DNA from: Candidatus Zixiibacteriota bacterium
GTDB lineage: Bacteria > Zixibacteria > MSB-5A5 > WJJR01
Direction of reading: 5' to 3'
Assembly (NCBI GenBank): GCA_036170655.1
Contig: JAVHPP010000027.1
Coordinates: 1-19,271 of the forward strand
DNA: 19,271 bases
Part shown: positions 1-7,098 of the stretch, piece by piece
How the letters are laid out: each line of letters opens with the position of its first letter
Position numbering within the stretch: position 1 is the first letter of the stretch
Position numbers and translations under genes: made by a program
Notes under the pieces: model-generated
Databases searched by the model: none
Told to the model about the DNA's origin: nothing
What the model saw: only the letters and a program-made list of their open reading frames with translations

Positions 1-1
1 G

Positions 2-1747
2 TTAAACAAGACGTGTCCAAACGGTTTCCAAAAGCAACAATGCATCGACTGAACGGCGGTCACCAGGATCGGCGCCGGACCGGGCATAGACACTCAGATC
101 TCCGATCAACCGGGCCAACCGCAAGGCTTCGTGATCCGCCCTGCGCAGGATGTCCCGGCCGCGCTCATCACAGAGTCCTGAATAGGAGCGGCGCAACTGC
201 CCCAGCAGCCCCCGGATGCTAACCAGCGGCGAACGCAGATCATGGGAAACAATGTGTACAAACGATTCCAGATCGGCATTCTTTTCGCGCAGACGCCGGT
301 TCAGCTCCAGCATTTCCTGCTGGCGCCGGCCGGATTGCGCCACGATGCCGCGCCACGTCCTGCTGGCGGAATCGTGCGGTCCCCGCTGTACCTGCAGCGA
401 ACGAAGCCGGGGTTCACGGTCGGTGATGTCGCGTCCCACACCCTGCACACCAATCACACGTCCGGCGCCATCGCGGATCAGCGATTCATTGACCTCAACC
501 ATGAGCGTGTGACCATCCCTTGCGTGCAACTCGAGAACAAAGGGAGGAACTGTTTCACCGCGGCTAATCTCGGCATCGAAGGCTTCATAAGCGGCCTGAT
601 TGATCGGATCGTCGGTCAGCCACTCGGAGAAATGCGTCCCGAGGAATTTCTCAGGCTTCAGCCCCAGACGCGCAATGGAGGGGCTTGCATAAAACATGTG
701 GCCCGTGTTGTCATAGGCATAGATCAGGTCCCGTGTGTTGTCAGCAACCAGACGATACCGGCGTTCGGCCTCAGCGAGTTGCCCGGCCAGACGATCCAAT
801 TCCGTGACGTCATGGATCACCCCTTCGAGTGCAACCACTTGCCCATCATCATCCACGACGAACGTGGCCCGGTCACTGACAACACGGATCGACCCATCGC
901 GATGTACAACACGATACTCACGGCTGAAGGCGCGTAGAGCATCCGTTGCGGGATCGATCGAGAGAGAGGGACGGAAAGCGCGCGCCCGTTCACGATCGTC
1001 AGGATGGACGAAACGCCGTACCCAGTCGTCCAGCGAAAGACCAATCACATCCGCCGGAGACATGCCAATGAACTGAGAAACTGCGCCGTTGACGGTGGCC
1101 ACTCGATTCGACACCAGATCGAACTCATAGATCAGATTGATGTCGAGGCAGAGCCGATGTTCCAGCGTGCGCACGCGTTCCTGCAGTTCCAGAACCTCGA
1201 GCCGCTCTGCCGCACGGCGGATGATCCCCTCCAGCGGACGCAGCGACAGTCCATCCGGCCGATGACCAGTGAATGGTTCATCGACCGAGCAAAAACCCAT
1301 AACGGCTCCGCTGGTGGAACGCAAAGGCACAAACAATTCGTCGCCTGATTGCCACTCGTCATCGTCGAGAGTCGGTGTGCCGGACGGCACATACCGGGAC
1401 TCTGACGTCAAGTCAATCCCGGCTTCTGCCGGAATGAAATACGAATTCCCAATCAGGAAGCGCTCCTGCAGCATTGCTTCGCGGACGTCCCTTCGGACGC
1501 GTGGCGCATGCCGGGCTGCCTCGATCATCTCCCGAGGAACGCCGTTGTACCCAATTGGACCGAGATTACTGTCTTGGTCGTGGAGGGAGAGGACAGCGCG
1601 ACGAAAAAGCCCTCCGCTGACAATTGTGTCCGCTGCGGTCTGGAGCACCTCCGCTGCGGTCCGACAATGCGACACCGCGCGCTCGTACGCCTCCATGTCC
1701 GATGTGACTTGGAGGGATTCTACCGGCCCGTCCTCCACGCGCTCCAT
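2..1747 (-). CDS. Multi-sensor histidine kinase (GAF-like + 2 PAS/PAC + HisKA); 3' end (HATPase) lies beyond the window edge
   Basis: H-box FVHIVSHDLRSPL preceded by a coiled coil (LREKNADLESF). PAS motifs FVHPDDRER...EYRVVHRDGSIRVV...GVIHDVTE and YASPS...GVGRDITDR. N-terminal GAF-like region (SYFIP...WQSGDELFVPLRSTSGAVMGFCSVDEP). ATG at 1747 has the SD-like AAAGGTG upstream, so it is preferred over TTG 1762. No stop codon before the window edge. Confidence 0.9.
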   Translation of the reverse strand: MERVEDGPVESLQVTSDMEAYERAVSHCRTAAEVLQTAADTIVSGGLFRRAVLSLHDQDSNLGPIGYNGVPREMIEAARHAPRVRRDVREAMLQERFLIGNSYFIPAEAGIDLTSESRYVPSGTPTLDDDEWQSGDELFVPLRSTSGAVMGFCSVDEPFTGHRPDGLSLRPLEGIIRRAAERLEVLELQERVRTLEHRLCLDINLIYEFDLVSNRVATVNGAVSQFIGMSPADVIGLSLDDWVRRFVHPDDRERARAFRPSLSIDPATDALRAFSREYRVVHRDGSIRVVSDRATFVVDDDGQVVALEGVIHDVTELDRLAGQLAEAERRYRLVADNTRDLIYAYDNTGHMFYASPSIARLGLKPEKFLGTHFSEWLTDDPINQAAYEAFDAEISRGETVPPFVLELHARDGHTLMVEVNESLIRDGAGRVIGVQGVGRDITDREPRLRSLQVQRGPHDSASRTWRGIVAQSGRRQQEMLELNRRLREKNADLESFVHIVSHDLRSPLVSIRGLLGQLRRSYSGLCDERGRDILRRADHEALRLARLIGDLSVYARSGADPGDRRSVDALLLLETVWTRLV

Positions 1748-1758
1748 GCGAACACCTT

Positions 1759-2292
1759 TCAAGACCCGGCCGAAGAAGAAGAGGCCGTGACCGACAGGAG
1801 ACGTCCGGCGACCTGCGCCAGCCCGTCGAAGCAGCCATCAGCTTTGTCATAAATCTCCACGGCGAGCCGCTGCCGAATGGACGCAGACAGGTGTGGCCGG
1901 TAGAACGAGGTCATCATCATCACCGGCAAACGTACACCGCGCCGCACCAGTTCCTCGACGACCCACAGTCCATCCCGTTTCGGGATACGATAATCCAGGA
2001 TCAGGAGATCGTAGGATTGATGTTCGACATGGTCCAAACAGGAGTCGGCGGAGTCCGCCCAGTCGGCTGTGACTCCCCAATCCGACTCCAAGATCTCCAT
2101 CAGCAGCTTCGCGTGCGTCTCATTGTCATCTGTGACCAGCACGCGCTTGTTGCTTTGAGGAGCGCTGGTACGCAGAATCGAGAGCTGGCCATCGAGAATC
2201 ATGTTGACGACCGCCGTAAACTTGTTGGGCGTCAGTTGCTGCAAAGACAGTGGATGCCACCGTGTCTTTGGTGGAAGGGATCTCTGGGGCAA
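1759..2292 (-). CDS. Single-domain (CheY-like) response regulator receiver protein
   Basis: Acidic pair VTDDNE, phospho-acceptor LLILDYRIPKRDG, MMTS and the conserved K (IYDKAD). No output domain. GAGGAGGAGG lies upstream of TTG 2292; alternative start ATG 2202. Its stop is 11 nt upstream of the kinase start. Confidence 0.88.
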   Translation of the reverse strand: MPQRSLPPKTRWHPLSLQQLTPNKFTAVVNMILDGQLSILRTSAPQSNKRVLVTDDNETHAKLLMEILESDWGVTADWADSADSCLDHVEHQSYDLLILDYRIPKRDGLWVVEELVRRGVRLPVMMMTSFYRPHLSASIRQRLAVEIYDKADGCFDGLAQVAGRLLSVTASSSSAGS

Positions 2293-2576
2293 ATCCTCCT
2301 CCTCTTCATAGCGGGTCGGGCGACCCTATCAAACTCCCGGGGCATTGCCCCGTACTCGGCAAGACAATCTAATCAGACTAATTCAGCGCACACCTCATGC
2401 TATCCAACATACGCAGCGAGGAGACCGGCTGCAAGCGAATTTGAATTTCACGCCAATCTTTTGGCAGTTGACAATGACCGGGCCATTGCACAACTTTCAA
2501 TGGTTGATTCCGCAGGCGTCGGACCTTGTCCCGGCGCCTTTTTTGGCAAGGCGGAAGATATGGTCTCACGGATACG

Positions 2577-3863
2577 ATGAATCCCAAGATGAACATCCAC
2601 CGGCTACCGGGTACGGCGGATATTCTACCGGATGTGGCACCCCGGTGGAACCGCGCCGAGCAGACGGTGCGTGCCGTGATGGCCCGTTTCGGTTTCGGCG
2701 AGATCCGTTTTCCCATCATCGAGCCGACCGAGCTCTTTGCGCGGGGAACCGGATCATCTACTGATATTGTCCAGAAAGAGATGTACACGCTCACGGATCG
2801 CGGCGGACGTTCGCTCACCTTGCGCCCGGAAGGGACACCCTCTGTTGTGCGGGCCTATTTGGAAGAAAACCTCAACCACCAGCGCGCTGTCTGGAAGATG
2901 TTCTACATCGGACCCATGTTCCGGGCCGAGAGGCCGCAAAAGGGACGGTATCGCCAGTTCCATCAATTTGGAGCGGAGCTGATCGGCGCGGCGGTCCCGG
3001 AATCAGACGTTGAGCTGATCGTGCTGGGACACACGATCCTCGGTGAATTGGGCCTGCACAACATCCGCCTTGTCCTCAATTCGATCGGATCGCCGCAGGC
3101 ACGCCAGGCACACAACGAACAGCTGCGGTTTTTCCTCGGACGACCAGGCGTACAGGAACGGATCTGTGAAGATTGCCAGCGACGCGTTCAAGCCAATCCG
3201 TTGCGCGTGTTCGACTGCAAGAACACATCGTGCCTTGAGATTCTCCGGGATGCCCCCACGATCGATCAGTTCCTGACGGGGGAAGATGCCGCGCATTTCG
3301 CCCGGGTGCGTGCCGGTCTCGACCGTCTGTCGGTTCCCTATGACACCGACCCGCGGATGGTGCGGGGATTGGACTACTACACGCGGACAACATTCGAGTT
3401 CAAGACCGATCTTCTCGGCGCGCAGGACACGGTCTGTGGGGGGGGACGCTACGATCTCTTGGTTGAGACATTCGGCGGTCCGCCAACACCAGCCGTCGGG
3501 TTCGCCTCCGGGTTAGAACGGATCCTCGCGTGTCTGGAGGAAACGGGCGGTTGTGCTGAGACACCGGCACGCCTCGACGTCTTCATCTGTGCCTTGGGAG
3601 ACAGAGCCCGGGAGATGACACCAGAACTCCTGTCGCGGCTCCGGGGCATGGGATTGTCGTCCGACACGGACTTCCTCGGGCGCGCCTTGAAGGCACAGTT
3701 GAAAGAGGCAAACCGCACGGGCGCACGCCTTGCGCTGATCGTTGGTGACGATGAAATTGCCCGCGGACGGTACACCGTGCGCCACATGGACAATGGCGGA
3801 CAGTCGGAGATCCCAGCGGACACGGAGCAGTGGACTACCGGCATATTCACTCCGGCGGCGTGA
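2577..3863 (+). CDS. hisS: Histidine--tRNA ligase
   Basis: PGTADILP, TDIVQKEMY, LRPEGT, GPMFRAERPQKGRYRQFHQFGAE, VRGLDYYTRT, GGGRYD, GFASGLER and a C-terminal anticodon-binding domain. Start is ATG 2577 or 2589; the track's TTG 2526 adds a non-homologous extension. Confidence 0.97.
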   Translation: MNPKMNIHRLPGTADILPDVAPRWNRAEQTVRAVMARFGFGEIRFPIIEPTELFARGTGSSTDIVQKEMYTLTDRGGRSLTLRPEGTPSVVRAYLEENLNHQRAVWKMFYIGPMFRAERPQKGRYRQFHQFGAELIGAAVPESDVELIVLGHTILGELGLHNIRLVLNSIGSPQARQAHNEQLRFFLGRPGVQERICEDCQRRVQANPLRVFDCKNTSCLEILRDAPTIDQFLTGEDAAHFARVRAGLDRLSVPYDTDPRMVRGLDYYTRTTFEFKTDLLGAQDTVCGGGRYDLLVETFGGPPTPAVGFASGLERILACLEETGGCAETPARLDVFICALGDRAREMTPELLSRLRGMGLSSDTDFLGRALKAQLKEANRTGARLALIVGDDEIARGRYTVRHMDNGGQSEIPADTEQWTTGIFTPAA

Positions 3864-3927
3864 TGGGCCACACCCCCAATCCCACCAGGCAAACAGACAA
3901 CACACAAACAGCGAATGATGGAGACAG

Positions 3928-5751
3928 ATGCTACAGATTGAAAATATCCAGCGCACCCACACCTGTGGAGAACTGCGTCGCGCCGACGCCGGCCAGACGG
4001 TCCGCCTCAACGGATGGGTGGCGCGTTGGCGCGACTTGGGTGGACTCTTCTTCATCGATCTGCGCGACCGCTATGGAATCACCCAGATTGTGTTCAGCCC
4101 GCAGCGTTTGGATCAGGCCACGATGGAGACGGCGGCGGCGCTGCGTGCGGAAACCGTGATCGGCATCGAAGGAACCGCCTCCGCCCGGCCGGAAGGAACG
4201 GCAAATCTTCACTTGGAAACCGGAGAGATCGAGGTGCTTGTGACCCGGCTCATCGTGTTGAACCGCGCGAAGACGCCGCCGTTTGAAATCACCGATGAAA
4301 CCAACGCATCGGAAGACCTTCGTTTGAAGTACCGATACCTCGATTTGCGGCGCCACCCTTTGCAGGAGAAGATGCGCATCCGCCATCGCGTCGCCAAAGC
4401 CGTCCGGGACTATCTTGATGCGAGAGGATTCTACGAGATCGAAACGCCGCTCCTCATGCGCTCCACGCCGGAAGGCGCGCGCGACTATGTTGTCCCCTCG
4501 CGCGTCCACAAGGGCCGCTTTTACGCCCTGCCGCAGTCACCGCAGTTGCTCAAGCAGATTCTCATGATCGCCGGCTACGATCGTTATTTTCAACTGGCCC
4601 GCTGCCTGCGTGATGAGGATCTGCGCGCCGACCGCCAGCCAGAGCACACGCAGATCGACATGGAGATGTCTTTTGTCACCGCCGAAGACATCTGGGCGAT
4701 TGTTGAAGGCATGATGCAGCATGTGTTCCACGAGGTCCTCGATGTCGAAATCCGCACGCCATTCATCCGGCACACCTACGAACAGGTAATGGACTCCTAC
4801 GGCAGCGACAAGCCCGATCTTCGCTATGATCTTCCCATCGTCAACCTGTCCGAGGCCGTAAGCGGCGGTGGATTCCGTGTGTTTGACGAGACGCTCAGTG
4901 CCCACGGACGCGTGGCAGGTATTCGCGCACCCGGACTGGCCGGCCTGTCCCGCCGCGAGATTGGCGAATTCGAGGCAATCGTCAAGAGTGGTGGTGCGGC
5001 GGGACTGACCCACATCCTCTACACCGAGGACGGCGTGAAATCTCCCCTGGCGAAACATCTTTCCCCAGAGGCGATGGATCGGATCACTGGCGCCACTGGT
5101 GCCCGCGTGGGCGACGCAGTGCTGATGATCGCCGCCGGCATCAAGACTTGTCGCGCCGCGATGGGCCAGCTGCGCATTGCACTAGCGAGGAAACTTAATC
5201 TGGCAAACACCGGACGCTATGCCTTCCTCTGGGTCTACGAATTCCCGCTCTTCGAGTATAATCCGGAAACCGGCCGCTACGATGCGATGCACAACATCGT
5301 GACGCATCCGTACGAGGAAGACATCCCCAAACTCGAAGCCGGATTCCACACCGACTGCCAACCGGGGACACCCGAACATCCGTGGGACATGATTCGTGCC
5401 CATCAGTACGATCTCGTTCTCAACGGGACCGAGGTCGCCTCGGGGGGAATCCGCAACCATCGCTCCGATCTGCAACGACGCATCCTCAATGCGCTGGGAA
5501 TCGACGATGGCCGCGCCCAGCGGATGTTTGGTTTCCTGCTGGATGCGCTCGACTACGGCGCCCCCCCCCATGGAGGGATCGCCCCCGGCTTGGATCGCTT
5601 GGTCGCGCTGATGACCGGCTCGGACTCCATCCGGGATGTGATCGCCTTCCCGAAGACAACCCAAGCTCAGTCGCTGATGGACGGCTCTCCCTCTGAGATC
5701 GAGCAGAACCAGCTCGACGATCTGGGCCTCGTGATCAAACCCGCCAAGTGA
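3928..5751 (+). CDS. aspS: Aspartate--tRNA ligase, bacterial type with GAD domain
   Basis: [96 protein letters not shown] upstream. Canonical hisS-aspS order. Confidence 0.97.
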   Translation: MLQIENIQRTHTCGELRRADAGQTVRLNGWVARWRDLGGLFFIDLRDRYGITQIVFSPQRLDQATMETAAALRAETVIGIEGTASARPEGTANLHLETGEIEVLVTRLIVLNRAKTPPFEITDETNASEDLRLKYRYLDLRRHPLQEKMRIRHRVAKAVRDYLDARGFYEIETPLLMRSTPEGARDYVVPSRVHKGRFYALPQSPQLLKQILMIAGYDRYFQLARCLRDEDLRADRQPEHTQIDMEMSFVTAEDIWAIVEGMMQHVFHEVLDVEIRTPFIRHTYEQVMDSYGSDKPDLRYDLPIVNLSEAVSGGGFRVFDETLSAHGRVAGIRAPGLAGLSRREIGEFEAIVKSGGAAGLTHILYTEDGVKSPLAKHLSPEAMDRITGATGARVGDAVLMIAAGIKTCRAAMGQLRIALARKLNLANTGRYAFLWVYEFPLFEYNPETGRYDAMHNIVTHPYEEDIPKLEAGFHTDCQPGTPEHPWDMIRAHQYDLVLNGTEVASGGIRNHRSDLQRRILNALGIDDGRAQRMFGFLLDALDYGAPPHGGIAPGLDRLVALMTGSDSIRDVIAFPKTTQAQSLMDGSPSEIEQNQLDDLGLVIKPAK

Positions 5752-5757
5752 AGTTTC

Positions 5758-5954
5758 ATCTATCGGAATCGCCAACAATCAAAGAGACGCGATCCCGCTG
5801 ACTAACAACGAGTTAGCTTGCCGGTCCAACACTCCAGCGAGATACTAACAGCAATTTCGCGGCGGGTCACAGTATATTGAAAGAAGAGCCATGTTTGGAT
5901 ATCTGCCTGAAGGGTCAGCCAGTTCGGCAACCGCGTCGTTTCAACCGATAAGAT
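5758..5954 (+). ncRNA. Candidate structured RNA (possible 6S RNA) in the aspS-phoH spacer
   Basis: Five nested complementary blocks found by eye: 5758-5766/5945-5954, 5786-5791/5932-5937, 5797-5802/5914-5919, 5825-5831/5892-5899, 5837-5843/5854-5860. Span is ~197 nt, directly downstream of aspS. Strand assumed; no covariance search done. Confidence 0.3.
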
Positions 5955-6021
5955 ACGGTAGAACAGCCGCCAGCCGGATGGCCCGGCAGAATCGATTCGC
6001 ACTCAGCCGGAGTTAGCAGCG

Positions 6022-7098
6022 ATCAATAACCGCGACACCAAACAGAACCAGCGAATCATCCCCATTGAAGGAAACGACCCCCGGATCCTCTTTGGTCGCC
6101 ACGGGGTTTTTCTGAGCCTGATCGAGGCGCGCTTCGGTGTGCAGCTGACCGCCCGAGGCGATGAGATTATGGTGACGGGCAATCCCGCGGCACTCGTCAT
6201 GGTTGAACGCCTGTTCGTGGATCTGTGCCAGCACATGGACAAGACCGGTGAGCTCTCTGAGCGCTATCTCCACTATGCGATGACGCAGGTGGCCGAGGGC
6301 GGAGATGGTCCATCCGCGGCCCTCCATTCCGTACCGGAGCTGGCCAGCGCCGGGCGCCAGCGGATTGTACCGAAGACACTGGGACAGAAAACCTATCTGG
6401 AAGCGATGGAGAACTTCGACATCACGTTCTGCATCGGGCCGGCGGGTACGGGGAAGACATACCTTGCCGTGGCCATGGCGGTGGCGGACTTTAAGGCCAA
6501 ACTCGTCGATCGTATTTTCCTCGCCCGTCCCGCTGTCGAAGCCGGTGAATCCCTCGGATTCCTGCCGGGAGATATTCGGGCGAAAGTCGACCCCTATCTC
6601 CGGCCGGTCTACGATGCTCTGCATGAACTATTATCGCTCGACAAGATCCACCGCCTCATGGAAAATGGGACGATCGAGATTGTCCCCCTCGCGTTCATGC
6701 GGGGCCGAACATTGAATCATTCATTCGTGATCTTAGACGAGGCACAGAATACCACGTCGGCCCAGATGAAAATGTTCCTCACCCGTCTCGGCGAACAGTC
6801 CAAGGCGGTCATCACCGGCGATGTGACCCAGATCGACCTCGATAAGTCGTCCGCTTCAGGCTTGGTGTCCGCCCCACGCGTACTTGAGGGGATCAAGGGA
6901 ATCGGGTTCGTGTACTTGACCGAACGGGACGTCGTGCGTCATCCGCTGGTTTCGGCCATCATCCGGGCTTATGAACGAGACGAAGGAACATCGGGTGGCG
7001 CCGCTCAACAAGCGACCGGCAACAATTCTCAACACATCGCCAACAACGCGACCGGACCCGCATCGCCTCCAGCCCGCCCGGACAACACAACGGCGTGA
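6022..7098 (+). CDS. phoH: PhoH family ATPase (PhoH-like/YbeZ); start probably non-canonical, upstream of the track's GTG 6139
   Basis: GPAGTGKTYLA Walker A, RPAVEAGESLGFLPGD, KVDPYLRP, PLAFMRGRTL, ILDEAQN, MKMFLTRLG, TGDVTQIDL, DVVRHPLV. The in-frame upstream sequence encodes the typical N-terminal segment IEGNDPRILFGRHGVFLSLIEARFGVQLTARG. Start coordinate is inferred (ATC 6022, GGAG at 6009-6012). Confidence 0.93.
   Translation: MNNRDTKQNQRIIPIEGNDPRILFGRHGVFLSLIEARFGVQLTARGDEIMVTGNPAALVMVERLFVDLCQHMDKTGELSERYLHYAMTQVAEGGDGPSAALHSVPELASAGRQRIVPKTLGQKTYLEAMENFDITFCIGPAGTGKTYLAVAMAVADFKAKLVDRIFLARPAVEAGESLGFLPGDIRAKVDPYLRPVYDALHELLSLDKIHRLMENGTIEIVPLAFMRGRTLNHSFVILDEAQNTTSAQMKMFLTRLGEQSKAVITGDVTQIDLDKSSASGLVSAPRVLEGIKGIGFVYLTERDVVRHPLVSAIIRAYERDEGTSGGAAQQATGNNSQHIANNATGPASPPARPDNTTA

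Noticed and set aside
2468..2496. Perfect TTGACA upstream of hisS
   Set aside because: No convincing -10 at 16-18 nt (CAACTT at 17 nt), so not called as a promoter.
2535..2553. Hairpin CGCCTT-N7-AAGGCG in the hisS leader as an attenuator terminator
   Set aside because: The T-run is inside the stem/loop rather than after it, and no His-rich leader peptide is visible.
1891..2580. 229-aa plus-strand ORF, and the 2345-2764 and 2378-2818 ORFs across the divergent intergenic region
   Set aside because: They overlap the response regulator or hisS and show no domain signature.
3864..3927. A/C-rich hisS-aspS spacer
   Set aside because: Short and unstructured with no repeat periodicity; consistent with an ordinary translation-initiation region.
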